A stretch of DNA of 64,000 nt from Takakia lepidozioides (taxonomy: Eukaryota; Plantae; Bryophyta): contig CM060731.1 of NCBI GenBank assembly GCA_030704615.1, positions 58,838,001 to 58,902,000 of the forward strand, read 5' to 3'. Position numbers and translations under genes: made by a program. Under the pieces are notes generated by a model. The model saw only the letters and a program-made list of their open reading frames with translations, did not search any database and was not told where the DNA came from. Below are positions 38,191 to 50,318 of this stretch, piece after piece. The number at the start of each line of letters is the position of its first letter. Positions within the stretch are counted from its first letter, which is position 1.

Positions 38191-38775
38191 TGTACTCGTA
38201 AGACTTTGTTTGCCGTAGCCTTGTGGCCATAGACCCTGCCCCCAGTTTGGTCAGAAACATGGGGAATAGGCACTACCTTTGTGAGGGGCTCACTCCTGTA
38301 TAGTGTGACTTGCCTTGATATAAACAATTAGTTCGGGCTTTCCATGTTTCCTCTAGAGAGCCCTTCAGACGAGCACCAATCTGCTGTGTGTGAGCAGCCT
38401 AACAGTTAGACCCCAACCGGGCCAGGGAGATTTTGAAAGTTGGTGAACAGAGGGGCAGGAACCATGGTCTTGATGTTCCTGAAGAGGGTCATCACTGATG
38501 AGAATACCCCGGACAAAATATCAGAAAATAGATATTGTCTTCAGGTTACCAGCACATCAGGCAATTACAATCCCCTTTTCCTCTCTGCACTGTTTATTGT
38601 TCAAAAGTAGGCTCCCTGTCCTGAGTTCAAATTTCAGTCTAGTGCCAAGGGTAAGTAGGCCCTTCAGATCATCCTTAAGGTCCTCGGCCATGTTACCGAC
38701 TGGAAACAAGACCGAGGAACTTTTATGCCTAACTTTACTTAACGTCATCGAACCTCATTTTCATGGGACAGTCTT
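38191..38775 (-). mobile_element. Diverged 3' fragment of the LINE family
   Basis: [42 protein letters not shown]; same 3' terminus ...GAGTACA. Confidence 0.88.
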
Positions 38776-38786
38776 TGGGCAACCAG

Positions 38787-38972
38787 ATAGTGTGAGAGTG
38801 GATCATCAAGCCATGCAAAGAGCCGGTGCATTCTTTGAAGATCAAAGCCAGCATTTGATTCTGTGCCTGCCCCTTGTGGCACGCCCCGTCTCTCGTAATT
38901 TTGAAGCTTATACAAATACCTCAAAAACTGTGCCCACTCCAGCCCTCCCACCTTCCCGCCGACTTCCCCCAT
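38787..38972 (-). pseudogene. 5' fragment of dihydrofolate synthetase (FolC/DHFS family) fused to the LINE fragment
   Basis: FLRYLYKLQNYERRGVPQGAGTESNAGFDLQRMHRL...DPLS matches the plant DHFS N-terminus ([24 protein letters not shown]); it stops before the VHIAGTKGKGST P-loop. Confidence 0.8.
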
Positions 38973-40323
38973 AAACCGCACACTCGTTACGAATGAAGCC
39001 AGAAAGAAGATGAGAAATGTTGATTTCGGACAGAGAGGGAAAGAAAGAATAATTAAAGAAACATTTACAGAGAGGAGGACGACTGATGAGCGTATAGGTG
39101 GGCCTACCGTCTGTCTAGTCGATACACTTGAAAATGCTCTCGAGTCCACTAGCTCCTTGGCCTGTCTTCCAGCTGGATACACTTCGCCAACACCCTTTTC
39201 CTCAGTTCCATTGATTTCAACGATTCATAAAGACCTGAGCAGGGAGCAGCGATGCGGTGTACTATCACACCCGTACATCCATAACTCGAGGTCGGTTTAT
39301 CTGTTCGCAACATTCGACTTGTTGGAATTGTCTTAGTGTTAAATGTCCTCCATGTGTGCCTCACTTCTGGCTCTTCACACATCTGCATCTAGTAGGGTTG
39401 CTTGCAATCACACCTCCTTGCAATGTGTCCTTGTGGGCTTGGATAGATCCATACAATTTGTGGAGGTACTGCCCTTAGATCTCTCAGGAGTTGTCACAAC
39501 AGTTTCTTGTTGCCTTTGACCAAAAGAACCTACTTGAATTGCATCCTGCACTAAGCTTAGCAAGAAAGCTTAGCACTAAGCTGCATAGACATCTTAGTGC
39601 TATCCTTGGATTGACCCTTTCAAAGCAGTGTATCCTTCTAAAATTCACTTGCTAAAAGAGGCTACTGGGGCACTGTGTTGTAGTTACAGCACTTCTTTCT
39701 GTTTGCATGGTTTAGTATTAGATTTTGTGGGAGAGATGACACACATCCATCTATGTTCCCCGGCGTGTTGATTGCTATTTGCTCATGCAGGTGGACAGCA
39801 TGGAAGTGAAGAAGGGGTCCAAATCTGTAGAAATGAGGGTCATTTGGATTTGGAGTCTGGAAACTGAATGCAGCCTTTCCCAGACAATTCTGGGGAGCAC
39901 CCAATATTGACTGCTGTCAGAGTATTCCATGAAAAGCAGGGGTTAAGATTGGAACCAAATGTGGTGAAAGTCATCCTCAATACCTGCAGTTGAGCGCACT
40001 CAGAAGGCCTGTGATTACGGTTTTGACTTTCCAGCAAGTCATTGTAAACATCTCCACACTTCACAGGGATGCAAAGACTAGAGTGTGTGTGGGTCACTCA
40101 GTATGGCCCATGCTGCTGCTTTAGTAAGAATTGAACAAACTCTGAAGAACACCGTGCTAGAGACTTCCAAATTAATACACAAATCTTTTCCAGGACAGCT
40201 TAACCCAGCCTTCACAGATGCTCTTGAATAGAGTGAATGCTATGTGCAGGCATGAAAGCGAGCCTGTAATGTTGAGAATTGTTCAAACAATTTTACCCAA
40301 GAAGGAGGGAGGAAACTGGCAGT

Positions 40324-40908
40324 TCACACCTTCAACGACGTTTCCTGCTGCATCTCAGGTAAATTGGGAGGAGGGGTTTTAAGCTGATGCTGTTGCAAAG
40401 GCAAAACTGATTCCTGGCTCTCTCTTACCACCTGGCTGGTTGCATCCTCTTGCACCATCTTCACAAGCTCTCGCTGCAAACGCATCAACTCGTCCTCAGC
40501 CTTCCGGAGTTTCCTCCACGTCCATCCTCCATAAATTCCCAATCCTCCTGCACTTTACACCTCTTCCTCATAGTATGAACCCATTGCATACATGAAACCC
40601 CCGTCCTTGAAGAATTTGTGACTAAAAAACAGGTTAATAGATGATCAAACGTCAGAAGAGGATGTAGGTCTTGGTGTGTTTCTCACTAAGCATTAAACGA
40701 AAAAGAGCGTCAAACACAGAGAGACAGAGAGAGCGAGAGACTCACCATATACGACGATGTAGGAGGCCCACACATACGGATATGCGTGCATATGATCTAC
40801 CGTTCTTTGCCATTGCTGCTTACAAGCATCCACGAAACCAATCTGCCGATTTGGCTCCTCGAAACCGGTAGATGGCTGGCCCTCCCTCTTCTCCTCTTCC
40901 GTAGCCAT
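40324..40908 (-). CDS. Small conserved plant single-pass membrane protein with coiled coil. Exons 40908-40746 and 40547-40324
   Basis: YPYVWASYIVVYGGLGIYGGWTWRKLRKAEDELMRLQREL; GTGAGT donor and CAG acceptor join in frame. Confidence 0.8.
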
Positions 40909-41620
40909 TTTCACCAATAATCCCTTGCGAAACAGTCTCACGTCGGTGTATTTGGGATTCTTTCAGGGGCTCTAGCTGGATTACGGGAAGAGGGATGCAT
41001 CGACTTACAACGGAAGGCTGAGAAAGAGAGCATCTAATATCTCTGTCTAGCACACGGCCATTTAACTAGGGTTTTCTGAGGGTTCATGGTGTGGAAACAA
41101 AAGCAGAGTATACTTGCATCTTCTCCTGGTTTTTCTTGGTGTTCAAGTTGTGATGGTTGGTTCTTGAGTTGCCATGAATCGGAGGTGCCAGCCGCACCAG
41201 CAACGACACCCAGACCCCAGCTCAGGATTGCGCTGCTTAGCTCCTTGCCTGCCCACAACCTTGTGCCCCATCCATGCATGCGGAAGTAGAGAGAGCATTG
41301 GTTTACAAAGCGGCAAGGTAGTCGTGTAAAAGGTGCCCCTAACAGCTCTCTCTGATAGCTGTAGCTCAGATTTAAATGTCATTCACACTACCTCTCAAAT
41401 ACCCAGCCGCTAGACAACCTAAACAGGACGATACTTCCTCAGATCACCCTTGCCAATCTATTTCGTCTCCTGATAAAGGTCAAAGTAGCCACAATTGAGA
41501 TTTCTCCCCGCAACAGATTGATTGACTGATGCTCGGAAGGCAGCGAGAAACTCGATTAGAACAACAAAATTCACATTGTAAACCAAGGACACATCCACTA
41601 GAAACACCTGATCAGTTTAA

Positions 41621-42837
41621 GTGACCATCGTCCCATCCTTATGGACGCCCTTGCACATGTCGACAGTGGCATTTTACCCTTCCAGCAACATCTCCGCTCT
41701 GCACGAGATCTTCTTCCGGCACCAGCAGCACGAGCATGTCTACCACCATTTGAGCAGTTGGTTGCTCAAGGCCTCGACCATCTTCAAGAGTCCATTTCCA
41801 AGCGCGTGCACTGTCATTCCTTTTACGGCATGCTCTCAAGTGCTTCTTTTGAGTTACATCAGGCCAACTTCTATCATGTGCAGGACCCGGAGCAGGGGGC
41901 ATCGTTGGCAGCACGACCCACTATCGCACATTTTCGCCTCTCATCCCCTATTTTCACTATTGCGCTCCGCCTTCGACTCGGTTTGCCTCATCCTTCGGTA
42001 TTGGGCCTTCAGCGTTGCGTTTGTCATCAGCCCATCGATGACCTTACTATCCATCTCCTCCGCAGTCCATGTGGTGGTGAGCGCATTGCGTCTCATGATA
42101 TGGTTCGCGATGCGGTGGCATCTATTGGGCAAGGTATCATGTACTGCGTGAGCAACCACATCTACGACCCACACTCACGTCCCACTCTACACGCCGCCGT
42201 ATTGACATCGTCCTATCTAGAGATGGTTTGCGTACCCTAGCGGATGTCGTTCTTGCCGACCCCACTCGAGCGGATCTGCTATCTTGCGCAGTTACCACAC
42301 CAGGCACGGCAACCACTATAGCAGCTCAAGACAAGAAGCGCGACTACAACGATCGTCATCCCACCGACAGATTTCTTCCGCTGGCGGTCGAGATATTTGG
42401 CTCATTGCACCAGCACTTCGACGATTTCCTGCGGACATATGCACATCATACAGCCAAGAGCGGGTCCACCGGCATCCCGCATGCCTCCGTCCTTGTCGCC
42501 TACTATCGACAGCGTGTTTTAGTTGTTTTGCAGAGAGCACAAGACATATCTATTTTGCATCGGGCTGACGTGGCTAGCTCCGCGTCATCTCATCTTCCGC
42601 CTATGCCTGACACTTTCTCTATCTCCTTGCCTAATCTCCTCCAGGCTATTGGCTGGGAGGATCACTCTGCTTGAGTAGCTTACTATAGCTTTTGTTTTCT
42701 TCTCTAGTTGAGTAGCTTACTATAGCTACTCAAGCTTTTGTTTTCTTCTCTTGTTTTTTGTTTTTCCCCCCCCCCTTTTTTTTTTTTGAACTTCTCATCC
42801 TATGTACATTCACCCATTGTACATGTTGTAAATAAAG
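41621..42837 (+). mobile_element. 3' part of a non-LTR retrotransposon with a restriction-like endonuclease (CRE-like)
   Basis: ALRLRLGLP, CVC..H..C zinc knuckle, SHDMVRD, RIDIVL...TLADVV, K..Y, FLPLAVEIFG; T-rich 3' UTR ending AATAAA; frameshift near 42130. Confidence 0.82.
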
Positions 42838-44699
42838 TCTTACAGGGTTTCATCATCTGAATGTGGCCTCATAATCATTCTGTAGTGTCAAAATCTATAG
42901 GCCATGACACAAGAAAAGATCGGCTGCCAGAGGGCTTTGAAGTCAAAATTCAAGGCCATCAAAACACAACCTTTGAGCTGCTTCGAAATCGAGAAGCAGC
43001 TCCAATTCCGTTAATGCAGCTAACGTGCATGAAGATATTGGGTGTCTAGTTCGGGCCACCAGCCTTTCTGCCTGCATATCTCCTCTTAGCTTCAAAGAAA
43101 CTAATTTTGATTCTAGTCGAGGGAGAGACTTCTTCGTTTCAGCTCCAAAATGTTGTCCATGCAGCCCCTGTTTGTAGAACCCATTCTCAAAGCATTCACC
43201 TGGTTTCGAATGTTTGGGGAACTCAAAGTGGAGAACTTGTCCATCACCACGTCTAGTGCTAGTCCGTCCAATTTCGAGGACATTGAACCAACACATCAGG
43301 CCCCACAAAGGGTCTAATGCAGGTATGCCGCCAAGCGTTGACAGACCCTTGAGGGCATAGTCTCGATAGGTTAGAATCCTTCAAGAGCGGGTTTAGTGGT
43401 TCTTACACACTAGTGTATGACAACTCAGGGGGAAATGACCATACCTTTCCTGCACAGTCACCGAAGATCTATTTACACCGAGTTAAGTGTGTTGTGGACA
43501 GTGTTGTGTAGACATCATGCTAGAAAACACAACGGTGACTCCTACATTGGTGCTCTAGCCCCCAATTTGGTCTGTGTCACTTCTAGTCACGCTGTGTCTA
43601 GTCAAGGATAAAGAGAGATATAATGTATGCACACATAAGAGGTAGAGAGGGGAATGCACTCTTGACCATTCCCAGGGAAGGTTGGCTATGACATTCCCTT
43701 AGGGCAGAGACAAAAGAAATAAAGGGAGGCCCAAAGGATCCAAGGCACAATTGGGCAGGGAGAGATACAGACAGAAATGGATGGGAAGTTGTACTCAGAA
43801 GCTGCAATGCTTTGCCTGAACAAACATGCTGTGTAGTGTGAACATTTACCCTGCAGGTGCAACCGTCCTATGTAATCATATTATAAGATGGCCGCAGTGG
43901 CTCATCATCACTTTCAGGAAGAACTTTCTCCACTTATGTTTCAAGCCTTCAGCTGTACTCGGAGAAATGTTAGCCTCAAGCTGTATCTGCTGATAAAGGG
44001 TGATTTTTTCCTAGTTGATTAGCACTTTAGGTATGGAAATACCAGACTGGAGGAGTGATAGGATGAAAGCCGGGGATTTGGATAGGCAAGTGCAGAAGCC
44101 CTTTTATGTGAAGGCTTCAATCAGCATACAAGAGCAAGATTTGAATGTCAGGTCTCCAACTAAAACCAAAATCCAACCAGGATTTGCAAGCCCAGAAATC
44201 TCCCATCCTGAATGTTTGAATGCAAGATAGGACTTTTCATATCACATGTGCAGGCTCCCTATATAGGCATGGGATCAAGTTTCCAAGTATTCTGCGTACA
44301 GTCAGTAATCTGAGATACATATAGTGTTCTGGTGAATACCAGTTCAATGCTATGTGCAGACCTTGGTTTTTGGTCTGTTCGGACTCAAAGTCGGTCAGTC
44401 GCATATGTCTGAAACGACTGGATTTCCAGTCGTTTCTAGAGTCGTAAAATCCAGGATTCATACTAGTGTATGAGCTCATTGTATAGTTGGAAAGCAAAAC
44501 CATGTGTATGAAATAATGACTCCACTAGTGGTAATTTACCACTCTGTGAGTGGTGACAGTATGCTCTTGTAAGTCTTACTCTTAGGGACTTGGTCTATTT
44601 CTGATGCCCCATCATACCAAGAGCGAAAGGACTTAGCATGGAGCCTCACATAGCAGATGATGTACTCAGATTACAAGAGCGTGATGATGCTCTTTGGGT

Positions 44700-44870
44700 T
44701 CGTGAGGTTGCCCGGGTGTATGGTTTCTTTTCTTGCAAATTTTGGGAGGATGTTGCCTAAAGATGAAGTCTTTTATTTTTCCATCTCAAGTTGAGCAAGT
44801 CTTCTTTTTCGATGAGTCACCAGGTTCAGATTTTAAGATAGTCCTTCGGAGGATCCAAGAGCAAAAAAAT
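44700..44870 (+). mobile_element. CACTA transposase C-terminal remnant (DUF4216-like)
   Basis: FIFPSQVEQVFF.DE......IVL resembles the 'PFIlasQa.QVFY..D' motif. Confidence 0.5.
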
Positions 44871-45614
44871 TGTAGCGAACATGCGACATTGGAGAAAATA
44901 AAGATTTTGATGGTCACCTGGTGCCTTATTGGATCAGCCCATACCCATGTCCTTAGATGGTGGCACAGCTCTAAGTAGAGAATAGGCTATGTTAGCTAGC
45001 ATTCCAGCTAGTCTTGTACGGCAAAACAATGTTTCAGTAGAGGAATGTGCTTTAGAGAGTGAATACGTGAATACTTTGATTTTGATTTTGATTCTAAATA
45101 AAGTTGACACGTTTGAAGCCCATTGTTCAATAGCATCTTCCTATAATGTATTCAACTCTTGTATGTTTTTCAATATGTATCATAGGTGCACAAACCACTA
45201 AAAGACTTTATGTGTAACCGCAGAAGTGGTATGAATCACTTGTGTGGCTTTAATCACTCTCGTTTTACCATTGCTCCGGGGCACATTACATTAATTAACT
45301 ATAATATATTAAATAGAATAAATATTATATACTAATTATAATATTACACGTGGATTAGTAAGTGGTTGAGACCAATTTCGCACTATGTCTCGTCCAGCAG
45401 TGGAAGCCCAAGAGTTTCAAGATCGCCATCGCCTTCAAGCGGGGATTCCATACGTGAAATTCCCTGCCTAGATTCCGCACGCTGTTATGCAGTATGGGCA
45501 ACCCATTGTGGAGACAACTTTGTCTACGTCACAATGGAGAATTGCTCGCACACTGCCGGCGTTTCGAGGCAAGTGTTCTGCAATTCGAGTGATACACAAC
45601 AACATTGTGGATAG

Positions 45615-46364
45615 ATGATAAGAAGGAACCCAGTTGGGGCTGTCCCTGCTCCTACTTTCACGGAAATATTTGTCCATGCAAAGTTTACGAAGGCGATGAC
45701 GACCCAGTTCTGGTTCTGTAGGCATGACATTATGACTTGTGTCTATGGAAAGCCCAAGTATGGCATACAAGCAATGCCAGAGGCTCCCCCGGTGTGGCCG
45801 GTGGAACCGGGATGCAATCTGAGTCAGGTTGAGGCTGACACCCTTACTGCAGCAGGATTTTGGATGGTGCAGTGCACTGACGTCCCCAGACAACCATTTC
45901 CGGTTCCACAACCTCCACCACCGACCCCTATGAGAGCAAGAACAAACGTACGTGACAACTCTAAGCATCCTACACACCGTTGGGGGAAACCGAAGAGACG
46001 GCGACCTCCCTCAAAAGTGAACGAGACAATGATGGGGAATGCACTTGGGATGAAATGTACAATCCAAAGCTCAACAGAAGTACCCCCATCAGGCTTCGGG
46101 CGTGTATATCAGATGGCCACAACAGGCTCAGTTGTCCGCAATGAGGTGTACACCATCACCATTTTAGAGTTACCCACCTGCAATTGCACCGACTTCCAGA
46201 TCATGGCGAAGAAGGGGGCATCATACTGCCCTTGCAAGCATCTGTACTACGTGTACCTAAAGAGACTCCGGTGTAATTCCACAACTCATCACTTCATACA
46301 TGCACCAGTGTTGAGCCCCGACGAGATGTACACTCTTCTGAATATGGATCCAGGGGACCAATGA
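45615..46364 (+). CDS. SWIM zinc-finger ORF, probably the C-terminal part of a MULE-like transposase
   Basis: YTITI...PTCNCTDF...CPCKHLYYVY (CxC...CxH); lacks a credible own N-terminus. Confidence 0.75.
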   Translation: MIRRNPVGAVPAPTFTEIFVHAKFTKAMTTQFWFCRHDIMTCVYGKPKYGIQAMPEAPPVWPVEPGCNLSQVEADTLTAAGFWMVQCTDVPRQPFPVPQPPPPTPMRARTNVRDNSKHPTHRWGKPKRRRPPSKVNETMMGNALGMKCTIQSSTEVPPSGFGRVYQMATTGSVVRNEVYTITILELPTCNCTDFQIMAKKGASYCPCKHLYYVYLKRLRCNSTTHHFIHAPVLSPDEMYTLLNMDPGDQ

Positions 46365-46994
46365 GCTTGGCTTGCGGGGCACAAGACAATGTTACGCCCA
46401 TCCTTTTCGGAGTTTCACTTATAGTAGAACTGTACTGCTGCAAGTACCTCTAACTTTGGCAACAGAAAGGTTTGACTTATGTCTAGTCTACCAGTAACCT
46501 ATTTTGGTCAAACTAAGATAATACTATGTCATTACCTTCTGTTTCCACGTGCCTAGATTTTTGTTTTTTTGGGGGGTTCTTGTTTTTCTGCTCTCCCAAA
46601 CTTTGCTTACCTCATTTGACCCCCAGCAAGGAAATGCGGCGCCGCATTTCCAAGTAACGTAGTAGGTACTTGTAGTTGCGGCCTTGGTCATAGTAAGATA
46701 ATCGCATTGAGTCTTCAGGGTGCCGACCGTCGAGAACACTAAACCCCTCAGAATTCTCGCACGTGCGAACCGTAATGCGGCACCGCATTTTCCCAGTGGA
46801 GTGACAAACCTTTCCCGCAGAATGCAGGAAGAAGCAAGAATTTTCAAGCACTGCAGACTCTGTTGTTGCATGGGGATCATACAATCGTGACAGAAGGTCA
46901 GTTTCATTCCAATGTTAGGGCATATAAAACCGCGGAATACTCTATACACGCCAGTATGCAGCGTCATTTTGCTGGATTTCTCATTGCACAATCA

Positions 46995-47262
46995 GTTTTT
47001 TCCATGAGCAGATTTACAAAACCATGAGCGGAATTGTTACTCACGACATATCTTCGCCGCATTACAGAATCCGGAACTTCCAAAAACGGCAATGTCAAAT
47101 AAAATAACTATTATTTTAATACTTTTTTAATCTGCCGCATTTCCAAATTTGTAGAAGTCCGCTCATGAAAAACGCGTGTCTTAGACTTCGGCTCACCGCT
47201 CATACGGCTCATGCGGCTCATGGCTCATGGCTCATGGTTTCTGCTCATGAAATAGTAAACCT
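46995..47262. repeat. Cluster of GCTCATG-rich TIR-like remnants
   Basis: ccatgagc twice near 47002-47030 and tandem gctcatg at 47160-47250; the same motif forms the TIRs of the 50694-51338 element. Confidence 0.6.
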
Positions 47263-48500
47263 CGGCAAACCCGCCCTTGCTATCTGCTCGTTTATGCCCT
47301 CCCACAGATGCATCTCCGACTGTGTGTCCTCCCCTTTCATCTCGCAGATTGCAATCGTCATGAGCCTCTTGGAGTGATAGTCATAAACATGAGCACCCAT
47401 GGTCATCCACTGATGGTTTGTAATTCGCTTGATGTGGTCAAACATTGCCCAAGCATTCGACAAGTTTTCAGTTGTCATGCGAGTGATCAAGTCGACTCGA
47501 CTCCTAGGCCCACACGTTGACATTTTAAAAATGTAACAACAATCGGATTCGCTGCCTTGCCCTGGAAACTTGCTACCTTGGATGTAGTCATATCCAGTCC
47601 TTTGTTTCACCTCCAGGATTGAGTGCATGTCCGACCCCCGGCCAAACTCCTGCTTGCAAGATACGATGTGATTCCGCACATTCGGACTACAAACGTGCGC
47701 GACGGACTCCAATAGATCAAGCATCTCCTCTTCGTTCAAGGGCACTCGGTCTGAACCATCTTCAGACATGATTTTGCCAAGAGCAATCTTGTGGGCTGCC
47801 TTGAGCTGAATCTGCTTTGGTCTGGCTCCTTGCTCAATTTCACCTCCTCTTGTATGATGTCGTGTGCTTCTTGCACAACCTCCCTATGTTGCCTCTTGCC
47901 AAGGGGTGGTAGTGGACCCCAACGTGTATGCAAGCTCTAGTCAAGTCCGGGAGCAAATGGATTACATAATATTGCTTGGCTTTGCACATAGACATGCACG
48001 TCGGTGGTTCTTTGCAATGTGCGCACTTGAAAGTACTTGCTGGAGCTTGGCTGGAGACAATGAATGGATGATGGGTTGTGCCAGCCAACCATCCTCTCGT
48101 TTCTCCGCCCTCCTTTGGAGAGAAAGTGGAAGCATGCGGGATTGAGGCACCTCAGCTTCCCCGCACAGAGGACGTATCGTACACGAACACCATCAACAAT
48201 TTTCGTGCTACTGGTCTTCGTCACACACCAGGGGTGTCCGTCTGTTTTCGATCCATGTCTGTTAACATCCATAAGGCTTTGTTTGACGAAATAACAGGTG
48301 GAAACCCGAAGATCACATTACCATCGACTTCGGAAGGCAGATACGTTACCTTCCTGACTGGAAATTTGGCATAGTCGAGAGCAGCCAGCTCAGAGCGAGA
48401 ACCATCGAGGTGATGTTGCCGTAGGAGCTGCACAATGGACCGGTTGGAGTATATGTCGAGGGTACATGCGTAGCACCTGCAGAGACGTCTATGTCGGATT
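47255..48500 (-). mobile_element. Degenerate Mutator-like transposase: GCM-like Zn DNA-binding domain followed by the start of the MULE DDE domain
   Basis: W..TKT...CAGKLRCLNPAC...CAHC...C...GVHYHP; then FDHIKR...HVYD...TIAICEMKGED...LW; cut at ~47260 by a GCTCATG TIR-like block; frameshifts. Confidence 0.65.
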
Positions 48501-49302
48501 TGAACGATCGTGTGGAGGACATGGGGACCTCAATGCACTCATCTTCCTTGTCGGAAATGTCGATACTCCACACGAGAAGCTATGGAGGGTCATTGACGGT
48601 CCAGGTCGGGAATGATTATCGTTGCATACCTCTCTGTTGGCAGTGGCCACCTATCGGTTTCCTGACTCCTTTGTGGATGGTGTGGGAAGCGACTGATTCG
48701 GAAAAGGAATGGGCATTCCCACAGCGCGGTACAAGATGGTGTCTGATGGGGGTACGTCCGCAACCTCCGTCGTTACCTAACACGACAATGGTCTCATCAA
48801 CCAGTCCAGGAACATCCTTCCTCTCTTCTTCCAAATAAACGGTAATTTGGAACAAAGATAAGTTTCAGTCACTCTGCAAAGTCCTCCCTCATTTGGGATC
48901 CTGGCTCTCACAAGTTTCGGAGGAGAGCAAACTATAGCGTAGGAATGGGGCGCCATGAACACCGCACGAAGTTGGCAAGTGCGAGGTTCCCTATAGCGAC
49001 AGACCAGGCTCACAGGCACCATGTATTGGAACTGCGGAGGCCATCCACGATTGGAAATTCACACATTGAAGTGGAGAGAATGTTTCAAGATACATGCATG
49101 AGGTGGGGAGCTCCGATTCCATTTCGACGAGCAAATAACATCTCCTGACAGTTTTTCCTAAGGGTGGATCCAACAATATTCTCGATGCAGACATGAACGT
49201 TCGCACTGACAAGTGCCAGGACTGTTAGTTAAAGTGGTTAAACAACCAAGCTATGCTCATTAAGACATGCCGCAATTGTGTTGTTTCGGAACAGTGGTGG
49301 AA

Positions 49303-50318
49303 CGGAAATGCGGTACCGCATTCCAGTCCACTGTACAAGCAGGCACATGGTGAAACGGAAATGCGGTATCGCATTTCGTTCGACTGAGACTAGGAAGACA
49401 TGGTAGAAAAGAATAGCGACACCGCATTTTTGTCTACTGGGACACCTTCGATAGGCAGGAACGGAAATGTCGTGCCGCATTTCCATCCGGACTCTTTCAA
49501 TGGAATGCAAAGGACGGAAATATGGTGCCGTATTTCCGTCCGGTCTCTTACTTTCGATTGTTGTTGGACGGAAATGTGGCACCGCATTTCCGTCCGAGGT
49601 GAACCTTTGTATTTTCCAGAACGGGAATGCGGCAACTCATTTCCGCCACATGTAGGCCTGTAACAGTGCACCGAAATGCGGCACCGCATTTCCGTCCAAG
49701 AAATAAGGTAAGTAACAGTGGAACGAAAATGCGGTGCCGCATTTCCGTCCAAGTCCTACCTTCTGAATTTCCAGACCGGAAATGCCGCGCCGCATTTCCG
49801 TCCTACACGTACGGCATGCCATGGAAACGGAATGCATTACCAACCCACCACCGCTTTCCGTTATCCATGTAATCAATCAAACAGTGCAACGGAAATGCGG
49901 CACCGCATTTCCGTCCGAGTCCTACCTTCCGAATTTCCAGAACGGAAATGCGACACCGCATTTCCGTCCTACATGTACGGCTTGCAACAGTGGAACGGAA
50001 ATGCAGTACCACCCATTTCGTTATCCATGTAATCAATCAAACAGTGCAACGGAAATGCGGCACCGCATTTCCGTCCACCAAGTAAAGGTAAGTAACAGTG
50101 GAACGGAAATGCAGTTCCGCATTTCCATCCATTCCACTGTTGCATGCCGTACATGTAGGACGGAAATGCGGCACCACATTTCCGTCCGAGTCATACCTTC
50201 CGAATTTCCAGAACGGAAATGCGGCGCCGCATTTCCATTTTCACTCTAACTCATCAGACGCTGGGACGGAAATGCCATGATAAATGAACACGTGGCCCAA
50301 CGGAAATGCGGCACATGC
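49303..50318. repeat. CRISPR-like array: 20 palindromic CGGAAATGCGGCACCGCATTTCCG units, modal period 53 bp
   Basis: Unit starts at 49303, 49356, 49409, 49462, 49515, 49569, 49622, 49671, 49724, 49777, 49828, 49890, 49943, 49996, 50050, 50104, 50161, 50214, 50267, 50301 (some units degenerate, the last two partial). Confidence 0.95.

Noticed and set aside
49238-50280. Many short ORFs with RKCGAAFP/EMRHRIS repeats
   Set aside because: Translations of the palindromic DNA array on both strands, not evidence of a protein
49303-50318. Bona fide prokaryotic CRISPR array or bacterial contamination
   Set aside because: No cas genes, repeats are degenerate, spacers are partly reused, and the same palindrome occurs in introns of flanking spliced genes; reported as a CRISPR-like repeat instead
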